Shown: positions 49,080-58,432 of the stretch, piece after piece
Position numbering within the stretch: position 1 is the stretch's first letter
Layout: each line of letters opens with the position of its first letter
Origin: Chlorobiota bacterium
GTDB lineage: Bacteria; Bacteroidota; Ignavibacteria; Kapaibacteriales; UBA2268
NCBI GenBank assembly: GCA_046290495.1
Contig: JBKAGT010000005.1
Span: 257,550 to 321,549, forward strand
DNA: 64,000 nt
Direction of reading: 5' to 3'
Notes under the pieces: model-generated
Seen by the model: the letters and a program-made list of their open reading frames with translations, nothing else
Told to the model about the DNA's origin: nothing
Databases searched by the model: none
Translations under genes and position numbers: made by a program

Positions 49080-50510
49080 TTGCATAAGGAATCACCTATA
49101 TTTAGCTTACTAAGATTCGATAATAATGATACCATCTCATTATCAAATATTATATTTGTATTGTTGGCATCGTTATTATCATTTTTTATATTGAATTTGT
49201 CTGTAGGTTTGTCAGGAACTGCAAACCTTTTCCTATTCTTCTCTATTTCTATTTTTTCTTTAATATACCTTTTTCTAAAACCCAAGTATTGGATTTATAG
49301 TATAGTTTTGTTTACAGCTGCATTTTCATCTACAACTGGTGGTGGTATAAGTGTCATAGATGTTGTATTCTCTATATACTTTAATGTATTCTTATTTCTT
49401 TGGCTTCTTTGGGCAGTATTTATTAAAAAATATAAGTTAGTTGAAAATAGAATAGAATGGTTAATGGTTTCTTTCTATATACTTATATCTTTGACTATAG
49501 TTAATTATTGGTTTGATAACATAAATTTACTGAATTGGTCAAGAGAATATATACTACTTACACTTTCTTTGATTTATTTCCCTCTGAAAAAATATATAAC
49601 GACAAAGAAAGAGATAATTACGCTATCAGTTATGTTTCTTATTACATTGGTTGCAGCTGATATAGTTCAGTTTTATCTATATAAACAAATTTTATCAGAT
49701 ATTACATATGCTTATCAAGCTGGTTCAACAATTAGAAATAATCTTTATTTGTTTGTAGTCGGCTCAACATTTAGCTGTTTATTTCTATTCTATCAAAAAA
49801 AGCTTGTTTACAGATTAATATTAGCAGCAATCATGATATTAAGCTTAGGTGCTTTAGCATCTACTTTTGCTAGAATATTTTGGGCAGCTGCATTTATAAA
49901 CATCTTTTTAGTTTTTATAATTTTAAATAATCGTCAAAAATTAAGATTTTTAACTTATACAGTTGTTTCTTTGTTTTTAGCTTATTTAGTATCTTCTCTA
50001 CTGTTTGGTAATATATTTGAGTTTGTACTCTATGCGTTAGAATCAAGATTAGAATCTACTTCAAAAGGAACTACTGACATTTCTGCACTTTCTAGATTTG
50101 CAGAATGGGAGGTTGTAATTGAGAAAATCAAGTCTTCCCCATTTATAGGTAATGGGTTTGGATATGAATTTACATTTAAGAATCCTATCGCATCTTTTAT
50201 GACATATACTTCAATAATTCATAATAGTTTTTTACATTTTGCTTACAGAATAGGAATTCCTTTAACTATAATGTATTTCAGTATATTTTTCTATTTCTTT
50301 TATAAAGCGATTTTTTATACTATAAAAATAAAGAAAGATTTATTTTATAAAATATTAATGTTAGGAGCCACATTAAGTTTTATAACAATGGTTATTACAG
50401 GTATGTTTACAATGACTTTTATATTAAGAGATGCTTTAATTATAAACGCAGTACTTTACTTTTTCATTGCTTATACTGATAAACATTATTTGAAACACAA
50501 TATAAATTAG
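49080..50510 (+). CDS. O-antigen ligase / Wzy-like polymerase family membrane protein
   Basis: About 12 TM. Wzy_C-like region ...ARIFWAAAF... and GNGFGYEF...HNSFLHFAYRIGIPL (H-N-x-x-L...G motif). Confidence 0.55.
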   Translation: MHKESPIFSLLRFDNNDTISLSNIIFVLLASLLSFFILNLSVGLSGTANLFLFFSISIFSLIYLFLKPKYWIYSIVLFTAAFSSTTGGGISVIDVVFSIYFNVFLFLWLLWAVFIKKYKLVENRIEWLMVSFYILISLTIVNYWFDNINLLNWSREYILLTLSLIYFPLKKYITTKKEIITLSVMFLITLVAADIVQFYLYKQILSDITYAYQAGSTIRNNLYLFVVGSTFSCLFLFYQKKLVYRLILAAIMILSLGALASTFARIFWAAAFINIFLVFIILNNRQKLRFLTYTVVSLFLAYLVSSLLFGNIFEFVLYALESRLESTSKGTTDISALSRFAEWEVVIEKIKSSPFIGNGFGYEFTFKNPIASFMTYTSIIHNSFLHFAYRIGIPLTIMYFSIFFYFFYKAIFYTIKIKKDLFYKILMLGATLSFITMVITGMFTMTFILRDALIINAVLYFFIAYTDKHYLKHNIN

Positions 50511-52319
50511 ATGAAAAATAATTACTCAAATAATTTTATTTCAAAATCAAGAATAAGAATTTTTGTTTCTTTAGTAGTTCTTGTTGGGTTTATGTTCATA
50601 GGCAAATTAATTCACTTACAGATAATTAAAGGAGTAATTTACAAGGAAGCAAGTAATGCTCAAGCCATAAAACAAGTTATACAAGAACCATTTAGAGGTA
50701 ATATTTTCAATTCTAATGATAGCCTAATTGTACACAACAAATCCTCATTTGCTCTAAGTCTTACTCCTAATTTGTGGAGGGATGAATCATTATACTTGTT
50801 AAGCTCTATTTTGGACATAGATACAACAGAGTTAAAATCAACTATTAAAAAATATTCCCAACACTCCCCTTTCATTCCTGTTAAATTCTTGAGGGATGTA
50901 GACATAGAAACCATTTCAGCTATTGAAGAATACTCAGAGTATTTAAGTGGAATAGATGTAATTGTAGAATCAAAGAGGTTGTATCAATCAGATGCTTATA
51001 TGGCACATTTGCTTGGTTATACTCGTGAGATATCACCCAGAGAATTAGAGACTTTTCAATATTACCGACCTGGAGATGTAATTGGGAAACAAGGCTTAGA
51101 GAAAGAATATGAGAGACTTTTAAGAGGTCAAGAAGGGATAAAATTTGTTTCTGTAAATAAATTTGGACAACAAGTTAACAGATATGAACAAGGTTCAAGT
51201 GATAAAAAATCAAAAAATGGTTTTGATTTATACTTAAGTATAAATGAAAGTCTACAATTAAAAGCAGAAAGATTATTAGAAGGAAAAAGAGGAGCTATAG
51301 TTGCCATAAACCCCAAAAATGGTGAAATATTAGCAATAGCAAGCTCACCAACCTATGATTTATCAGAGTTTAGTGGCAGGATTTCAATTGATTATTATAA
51401 TTCCTTGATTAATGATGATGATAAACCATTTTTAGATAGAACTGTAAATAGTCAGTACCCTCCTGGGTCTTCTTGGAAAATGTTAATAGCACTTGCTGGT
51501 CTAGAAGAAGGATTGATACAAGAAAATACTACTTTACAGTGTAAAGGGGGCTATCAATATGGTAACAGATTTTTTAAATGCTTAGGTTATCATGGCCCAA
51601 TAAATGTTACTAGAGCAATAAAAAAATCATGCAATGCGTTTTTCTATCAACTTTCACTTAAACTAGGAGCAGAAAAAGTTATAGATTACGGAAGACAATT
51701 TAATTTTGGACAGATCACAGGAATAGATTTACCAAGTGAAAAACCAGGAAATTTTCAAGATTTTGAAACATTAAAGAATAGATATGACGGTAAAGTTCCA
51801 GGATGGAAGATGTTAAATTTTGGAATTGGACAAGGTGAAATTCTTGTTACTCCTGTTCAAATGGCAAGTTATATAGCTGCTATAGCAAATAATGGTATAT
51901 GGAATCAACCACATATAGTGAATAGAATCTACAACAACACTACAAATTCACTACAAAATCTCGATTATAACACTAAAGATATCAATATTGATAAGAATAG
52001 TATAGATATTGTAAAACAAGGTATGTGGGAAGTTGTAAATGCACCTGGTGGAACTGCAGGTAATGCTAGAATAGAAGGTTTAGATGTTTGTGGTAAAACT
52101 TCTACTGCTCAAAACCCACATGGTAAAGATCATGGATGGTTTACTTGTTTTGCTCCAAGAGAAAACCCAGAAATTGCATTAGCTGTAATGGTCGAAAATG
52201 CTGGTTGGGGTGGTAGAGTTTGTGCACCAATTGCCAAAGAATTACTTTTGAACTTCTTCAACAAAGAAGCTCCTGTCCTTAAAGAAGAAGAAGTCACGCC
52301 GATTTTAACAGAAAATTAA
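50511..52319 (+). CDS. mrdA: Penicillin-binding protein 2 (class B transpeptidase)
   Basis: N-terminal TM. SxxK (GSSWK), SxN (SCN) and KTG-like (GKTSTA) motifs. The dimerisation-domain pattern ...GKQGLEKEYE... Confidence 0.8.
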   Translation: MKNNYSNNFISKSRIRIFVSLVVLVGFMFIGKLIHLQIIKGVIYKEASNAQAIKQVIQEPFRGNIFNSNDSLIVHNKSSFALSLTPNLWRDESLYLLSSILDIDTTELKSTIKKYSQHSPFIPVKFLRDVDIETISAIEEYSEYLSGIDVIVESKRLYQSDAYMAHLLGYTREISPRELETFQYYRPGDVIGKQGLEKEYERLLRGQEGIKFVSVNKFGQQVNRYEQGSSDKKSKNGFDLYLSINESLQLKAERLLEGKRGAIVAINPKNGEILAIASSPTYDLSEFSGRISIDYYNSLINDDDKPFLDRTVNSQYPPGSSWKMLIALAGLEEGLIQENTTLQCKGGYQYGNRFFKCLGYHGPINVTRAIKKSCNAFFYQLSLKLGAEKVIDYGRQFNFGQITGIDLPSEKPGNFQDFETLKNRYDGKVPGWKMLNFGIGQGEILVTPVQMASYIAAIANNGIWNQPHIVNRIYNNTTNSLQNLDYNTKDINIDKNSIDIVKQGMWEVVNAPGGTAGNARIEGLDVCGKTSTAQNPHGKDHGWFTCFAPRENPEIALAVMVENAGWGGRVCAPIAKELLLNFFNKEAPVLKEEEVTPILTEN

Positions 52320-52405
52320 TCACCTTAAATTTGCATAATATGTGACAAAGCTGTTACTTGTTTGTTAGTTTATAATACATTTATTAACATAGAAAGGAAT
52401 TTGCT

Positions 52406-53560
52406 ATGAATTACTCTATACGAATTTTATTATTTATTTTGGTTGCTTCACTTTTTACATATTCATGTAAAGAGAATGATAAGCCAACTAAATCTGAAAC
52501 TGAAATTGTTGACATTCAGTCTATTGTTGTTGATTCTGATAATAATCCTATTATTGGAGCTGAAGTTCATGTATTTGAAAATGACAACTTAATTTCAGCA
52601 GATACAACAAATGAAGATGGTTCTATTAGCTTTACTGAAATAGAAGCAAATCTTAATAATTTGAGACTGTTGCTTTCACATCCTTTTTATCAAAATTTGT
52701 CGATTAGTTATTCTGAATTCAAAGATTTAGAAAATATTGTATTGGAACTTGATGAAGATTGTTGTGTGAAAGCTAAGTTAGTCATAAAAGATAAAAATGA
52801 CGAACCTGTAGAAGGAGCTAAAGTACAGTTAAGAACTGATATGAAAACTATAAAAAAGTCCGAATCTAATGAAAACGGAGTTGTCGAATTAGAAGGAATA
52901 TGTAAAGGAGAATTCGAATTTAGAATTTCAAAAGAGGGCTTTAAAGTAATTGAAGAAATTGTTGAATTTACTTCTTGTGATGAAACATATGAATATAGTT
53001 TTGAACTAAACTCAAAAGAAGAAGAAGATTGCTGTGAAAGTGCATTAATATTCAAACCTAAAAATGAAGACGGTGAGGTTCTTAATGGTACAAAGGTTTA
53101 CATTTATGAGAACGATAAAATCATAGAAGATCCTGTTGTAAAAGATGGTAAAGCTGTTGTGGATGGTCTATGTGAAGGTGAATATGTTATTGTCTACAAG
53201 AATGAGAAATACGAAACTAAAGAAGTTGTTGTTGAGTTAGGATGTGATGAAGAGAAAACTGTTGAACATACTCTAACTAAAAATGATGATGACTGCTGTG
53301 AAGCTATTTTAAAATTCTTAGTCAAAGATACTAAATCTAAATATTATCTCTCAGGTGCTTCAGTTACTTTAAAACTTGGTAATGACGTTATATTTGAGAA
53401 CAGAAAGACTAATAATGATGGATACGTAATTGAAGATGGTCTTTGTAAAGGAGAATACACTGTCATAATTGAAATGGATGGTTATAAGACTATTGAAACT
53501 ACTTGGAATGTTGAGAAGTGTGACGACTTCCAGGAGCATTTCTGGTTAGAAAAAGAGTGA
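52406..53560 (+). CDS. Lipoprotein built of tandem carboxypeptidase-regulatory-like beta-sandwich repeats, three of them opening with D-C-C
   Basis: Lipobox (LFTYSCKE). One Cys-free repeat is followed by three repeats of ~90 aa, each with the pattern DCC-x~45-G(I/L)C(K/E)GE(F/Y)-x~25-C (DCCVKAKL..., DCCESALI..., DCCEAILK...). Confidence 0.55.
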   Translation: MNYSIRILLFILVASLFTYSCKENDKPTKSETEIVDIQSIVVDSDNNPIIGAEVHVFENDNLISADTTNEDGSISFTEIEANLNNLRLLLSHPFYQNLSISYSEFKDLENIVLELDEDCCVKAKLVIKDKNDEPVEGAKVQLRTDMKTIKKSESNENGVVELEGICKGEFEFRISKEGFKVIEEIVEFTSCDETYEYSFELNSKEEEDCCESALIFKPKNEDGEVLNGTKVYIYENDKIIEDPVVKDGKAVVDGLCEGEYVIVYKNEKYETKEVVVELGCDEEKTVEHTLTKNDDDCCEAILKFLVKDTKSKYYLSGASVTLKLGNDVIFENRKTNNDGYVIEDGLCKGEYTVIIEMDGYKTIETTWNVEKCDDFQEHFWLEKE

Positions 53561-53580
53561 TAAATTAATAATTTAAAATC

Positions 53581-53620
53581 AAGGCCACTTTACATCATGT
53601 AAGGTGGCTTTTTCTTTATT
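53581..53620. terminator. Rho-independent terminator between convergent genes
   Basis: AAGGCCACTTTA-catcatg-TAAGGTGGCTT (two G-U pairs) followed by a T-rich run. Confidence 0.55.
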
Positions 53621-56600
53621 TTGTAATATTTATTATTCTTGATAATAATTTATCAGAGTATTCCAACATTATCAGATAACTACCAGAAGAAAGCTCATCA
53701 GAATCTACAATAAATTCGTATTGACCATTATTCCTGTTATTATGTAAAAATGTTTTTACAATTTCACCATTAATATCGTATAGATTTAGATTGTAAATAT
53801 CATTTGTAGGCTGAAAATAATCTATTAAAATAAGGTTATTGTTTACATTTACATTTAATTTTACAGGCTCTAGAAATACAAATTTATCATCATTAATACA
53901 GTTCTCTAATAACTCAACTTCTGTTGTATCATCCGTCTCTATGGACATTAGTGGAAAAGAATTTACATTGCCAGACTCTAATTTGAAAATATATTCACCA
54001 GGCACTGCATCTAGCGCATAAAATTCTATTTCTATTATCTCATTTTTAGTTATACTAAATCTATCTCCTGCATTAGATTCCATCTCTAACATTAGTTTAC
54101 CGAAATTGTCAGCATAAGATATTTTTAAGCCTTGTTGTGCAATTGTTATATCATTAATAACAAATGCTTCAAAAGGATAATTTAATTCAATTGACACAGA
54201 TTCAAAATTAACATCTTCTAATTCATGTATAGCTGAGCTCAATTGAATAGGTAGCTTGAACGTATTTTTAGGAGCAATAATACCTCTATCAATTCCAAAA
54301 CTAGTATATATCTCTCCAGGTGGAACCTTAGATGGATTCACTAGGCCATTAAATTTAGAATAATATAGTTTATTACATGGAGATTCTGTCTCAATTTCAA
54401 TACTATCAGAATAGCCTCCAATAATCATAGATTCGTGAATAACATCTATATTGACAGGTGTATTAGGCGAAAGTAGTATTGGATATACCGGAGTGGTCTT
54501 GAATTTAACAAATGCTGGTAGTTGAATATTTGATACTGATACTACATCTTCCCCATTGTTTAGCAATTCAAATGTATTCTCTGAACTAAAACCTACTTCA
54601 TAGTCTGCAAATGTAAAATTTTCAATACTTATGCTTTGATCTATTATTTCTACTTTTACCTCAATATATTCTTTTCTGTCACAAGGATTTATAGTTAATT
54701 CTAGAGTAGCTACATATTCACCTGGCTCACTTTCATTTAATCTAAGATTAATACTAGTTTCACTTACTAAAGATGCATCATAATCATTTATTATGAAGGA
54801 GTCATTATCAAGAGATGCTTCGATTCTAACATCTGCACCTTCAGGATTATCTATTAGTTTTAACAATACATCCTTTTCTATATTCAAATCATTACAACTA
54901 TATACTTTACCAAAATCAATTGATTTATTCTCAACCTCATAGATATAACCACTGGAAGCTCTTTCAGCAATTACAAAGAAATTATCTTCAAGCATACAGC
55001 CAGGTACAACTGCAAATCTATTTTCTTGATTTATTTTGATAGGACTATTAGAAGAGTAACGAATAATTGCTTCTGATGTATCTCCTGGCGTTATAACTAA
55101 TGGCGAATTTAGCAATTCTAACCCTTTTATTAATTTTTCACCTGTGATCTCTACATCAAACCTACCTGTGTTTTCAATATGAATAGTATCAATTTTAAAA
55201 TCTTCACATCCATATACAATTCCAAAGTCTAATGTATCTTCTATAACCTCAAATCTAGGTCTACCTACATGTATTCTTGCGGCTATATATGTTGTATCTT
55301 CTTGACCGAATTCAGATGTCCATGGTATTTTAAATAAGTTTACGGTCTCTACATCACTATTATTTGTGTTCGTACTTAAAACAAATTCAAACGTTTCTCC
55401 TGGGGCTAAGGTGTCATTGGATATGATTGGATTGGCAAAGAAATCTCCACCACCATAGATTTCATTTAAAACTATAAATTCTGTACCAATATTTGTAAGA
55501 GTAATTGTTGTATCAACTCCTCCATATTCACATACTACATGTTCTTTAAAATCAACAGAATCTAATGAAGATACAAGTGTAGCAGATGTATTTGACTTTA
55601 CTCCATTTAATGCAATTTTTATATTGTTGTTACATTCACCGTGAATTAGCAATGTATCAATATAAAGTCCATTAATAATAGGTTTAAATTCAATTTCTAG
55701 TTCTAAACTAGCTTCTGAATCAATTGTAATTGGAAAGCTGTTTTTTATTTTAAACGGTGGTCTGACTTCTATATCTGCTTGATAAATATTATAACTCTCA
55801 CTTGAGTTGTTAGTCAGTTGAATCGTTTTAGTTTCTTCTGTCTGATTAGTTATTAACTGATACTTTAGTTTTTCTTTATCAGTCACAAGGTCATAATTCG
55901 ATTCTTTAACGGTTACTATATTAGAGGTGTCTCTACAATTGCCATTAGAATAAATATAATAGTATTCACCTGGCTCAGTAACCTTATACTTAAACCCGGA
56001 ATTATTTATTCTAAATTTACCTCTATATAAGTGGACCTTTAATCTTAAGTCCTTAGATCCTTGAAAGTATAATTCTTCGTCTTCACAGATATAAATTGTG
56101 GTGTCATTAACAATCTTATTATCGTTTTTGTCAGAGATAAATGCTTCAGGTATATCTAGTACTTCTAACTTCAAAGTATTTGACTCAATCTCACACCCAT
56201 CTTCTGATTTAACTATCAATGTATAGTAACCAGTCCTGTATACTTTTATCGAATCAGAGAGTCCATATTCACTAAAATCTACTACAACTACTTCTGGTGA
56301 GTTTTCATCTTTCTGAAAGATCCAAGCATACTTATATTTTCCTTTCTGATATGATTTATAATTATTGTATAAAATAGTAGTATCTGTTGAGCAAAACACA
56401 TTGCCTAGTCTAGACTTAATATGAACACTATCTGGTTTATTTAATACAAGTTGTTTCGAATTATAATAATCTAGTTTGCTAGAATATGCTATTCCTCTTC
56501 CAGATTCAACATCCCAATTGTTTGATATTTCGTCAGTATAATTATACGCAAATATTGAATATCTAGAGTATTGTCCACATATTGGATTGACATCGATAAA

Positions 56601-57545
56601 CTGACTATGTTCCTTGCCTTCAAGAATCGCAATTACGTCTGAAGTAGAACAAACTTTATCACCGACATTATACATTGTCCCATCTTTTGGCTTGCATATA
56701 TTATTAACAACATCTGTTGTTCTAAGTATTATATATCCACTAAAGTCATTTGTATCATTATCAATGTCAATTTCTTCCCAATTTAAAACTACGGTTGAGT
56801 CATCTATAGTTGTCTCCAAATTGGGTTGAAAAAATAATGGCTCCCTAATTTTTTGCCAAAACTGGTAGTTAATATCAGCGCCTACTGGGTTGGAATTGGC
56901 AACCCCTTTGGTACCTCCACTTTCTCTCATTGTTATAGATTTACCAGTATCATAACCAGAACTCAAGCTGTATTCAGATAATCTACTAGCGTTTCCTACG
57001 GATATTGAATACCCTTTTGGACAGTTTCCTACATATGCTATTTTATAACCAATTATTTCATGGAAATCACCTTCAGTAGAGTACTGGACATGCCCCAAAC
57101 TATGAACATTTTGACCAGATTTATCTAAAATTTGTACAATGTCTGCTTGATTATCTATTGATAAAGATGAGTTATTTCTCCAATCATACTTTGTAAAATA
57201 TCTTGAATCTAGTGCATTAACTTCAATATAACCGTCATCCAAATTAACATCAGTTATTCCTTTATCTCTGTGATTTACAACTATAATTGTGCCTATTCTT
57301 AGGTTTTTCCACAACTTATTTTGATTAAAACTAATACCTCCTTGCCAGAAACCACCTCTGTTGTAATTATCATTATTATCTCTCAGAGTATACCCTTCTA
57401 AGTCAAGAAAATCCTCAGTAACTATTAGTTCTGTCCATTCATTTTCTACATCATTATCATTAAAATATTCGGAAACCACAATCTCCTGAGATCTGGTTCC
57501 TGATGATGTAAATAGAATTAATATTATGTAAATTGCCAACTTCAT
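53616..57545 (-). CDS. Very large (1309 aa) T9SS-sorted surface protein with an N-terminal lamin-tail-domain (LTD)-like region
   Basis: Signal peptide. The N-terminal SEYFNDNDVENEWTELIVTEDF matches the LTD pattern (.E......EW.EL.N). A long Ig/beta-sandwich-like middle region. T9SS-CTD tail (...SGSYLIMLEYSDKLLSRIINITK). Confidence 0.55.
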   Translation of the reverse strand: MKLAIYIILILFTSSGTRSQEIVVSEYFNDNDVENEWTELIVTEDFLDLEGYTLRDNNDNYNRGGFWQGGISFNQNKLWKNLRIGTIIVVNHRDKGITDVNLDDGYIEVNALDSRYFTKYDWRNNSSLSIDNQADIVQILDKSGQNVHSLGHVQYSTEGDFHEIIGYKIAYVGNCPKGYSISVGNASRLSEYSLSSGYDTGKSITMRESGGTKGVANSNPVGADINYQFWQKIREPLFFQPNLETTIDDSTVVLNWEEIDIDNDTNDFSGYIILRTTDVVNNICKPKDGTMYNVGDKVCSTSDVIAILEGKEHSQFIDVNPICGQYSRYSIFAYNYTDEISNNWDVESGRGIAYSSKLDYYNSKQLVLNKPDSVHIKSRLGNVFCSTDTTILYNNYKSYQKGKYKYAWIFQKDENSPEVVVVDFSEYGLSDSIKVYRTGYYTLIVKSEDGCEIESNTLKLEVLDIPEAFISDKNDNKIVNDTTIYICEDEELYFQGSKDLRLKVHLYRGKFRINNSGFKYKVTEPGEYYYIYSNGNCRDTSNIVTVKESNYDLVTDKEKLKYQLITNQTEETKTIQLTNNSSESYNIYQADIEVRPPFKIKNSFPITIDSEASLELEIEFKPIINGLYIDTLLIHGECNNNIKIALNGVKSNTSATLVSSLDSVDFKEHVVCEYGGVDTTITLTNIGTEFIVLNEIYGGGDFFANPIISNDTLAPGETFEFVLSTNTNNSDVETVNLFKIPWTSEFGQEDTTYIAARIHVGRPRFEVIEDTLDFGIVYGCEDFKIDTIHIENTGRFDVEITGEKLIKGLELLNSPLVITPGDTSEAIIRYSSNSPIKINQENRFAVVPGCMLEDNFFVIAERASSGYIYEVENKSIDFGKVYSCNDLNIEKDVLLKLIDNPEGADVRIEASLDNDSFIINDYDASLVSETSINLRLNESEPGEYVATLELTINPCDRKEYIEVKVEIIDQSISIENFTFADYEVGFSSENTFELLNNGEDVVSVSNIQLPAFVKFKTTPVYPILLSPNTPVNIDVIHESMIIGGYSDSIEIETESPCNKLYYSKFNGLVNPSKVPPGEIYTSFGIDRGIIAPKNTFKLPIQLSSAIHELEDVNFESVSIELNYPFEAFVINDITIAQQGLKISYADNFGKLMLEMESNAGDRFSITKNEIIEIEFYALDAVPGEYIFKLESGNVNSFPLMSIETDDTTEVELLENCINDDKFVFLEPVKLNVNVNNNLILIDYFQPTNDIYNLNLYDINGEIVKTFLHNNRNNGQYEFIVDSDELSSGSYLIMLEYSDKLLSRIINITK

Positions 57546-57595
57546 ATTAATTTATAAGTATTAGGTTTTTATTTTTTTCAAACTGCTCAAAATTA

Positions 57596-58432
57596 ATGAA
57601 TTATAACCCTGAAATCAAGTTCCCAAGTAACTTAAAGATAGTTGCATTGATTATCTTTATTATGTTATTTACCAACATTTTCGCTGCCTTACTTGTAGTA
57701 CTTACTAAAGAAATAGGCTTTGAAATAGCAAACAAATATGTTCAAGGTTTTTCACAATTATTTTCTCTTCTTGGTCTAACTTTATTACTAACAAATATCA
57801 TACCACTTAAGTTCAATACTTTATTAAGATTAGATAAAAACATTAAAATAAAGTATATTATTGTTGGGATTGTGGGTTTAATCTTTCTAAATCTTTTTAA
57901 TAATGGGTATGTAGCTTTACAGGATTTTTTAATTCCAGAATCACTTTTACCAGAATATAATGAACATAAGAATTGGATAGAAAACCTTTATAATAGTATG
58001 CTTAAAGGTGATGGAATATTTGATATGAGTATTTCTATACTAATAGGTGCTATTATACCAGCTATTACTGAGGAACTTTTATTTCGAGGGGTTGGACAGA
58101 GAGCTTTAGAGGAGAAAAATAGTCCATTTTATGCAATTGCTATTACTTCATTGGTATTTGGACTGTTACATTTTAATTTTATTAACTTAATTCCATTGAT
58201 TTCAATAGGTTTCTTTCTAGGCTCTTTGGCATATTATTCTAAAAATATTATTGTACCAATTTTTATTCATTTTTTGAATAATGCTTTTTCAATATTTGTT
58301 ATGTTTTACGAGACAAATGAATCAAATCAAAGTCTAGATAATATCGGTATCCTAGAGTCTTTAGGGTTATTATCACTCGGATTAATAGGGATAATAGTAT
58401 TAATTAAAATTCTGTCTCGATTTGAAAATTGA
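57596..58432 (+). CDS. CPBP-family intramembrane metalloprotease (CAAX protease / Abi family)
   Basis: Motifs EELLFRGVGQRAL, FGLLHF and HFLNNAF, with multiple TM helices. Confidence 0.75.
   Translation: MNYNPEIKFPSNLKIVALIIFIMLFTNIFAALLVVLTKEIGFEIANKYVQGFSQLFSLLGLTLLLTNIIPLKFNTLLRLDKNIKIKYIIVGIVGLIFLNLFNNGYVALQDFLIPESLLPEYNEHKNWIENLYNSMLKGDGIFDMSISILIGAIIPAITEELLFRGVGQRALEEKNSPFYAIAITSLVFGLLHFNFINLIPLISIGFFLGSLAYYSKNIIVPIFIHFLNNAFSIFVMFYETNESNQSLDNIGILESLGLLSLGLIGIIVLIKILSRFEN

Noticed and set aside
49080-50510. Calling the 476-aa membrane protein RodA (the expected mrdA partner)
   Set aside because: It shows the O-antigen-ligase/Wzy_C-type H-N-x-x-L...G-x-G motif and a GNGFGYEF loop. It does not show the SEDS FtsW/RodA signature. 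I left it as Wzy-like, pending an HMM check.
52708-53055. 115-aa minus-strand ORF rich in Ser (…QQSSSSFEFSS…)
   Set aside because: Antisense to the Cys-repeat lipoprotein gene. Its low-complexity Ser runs are the mirror of GAA/GAT-rich coding sequence.
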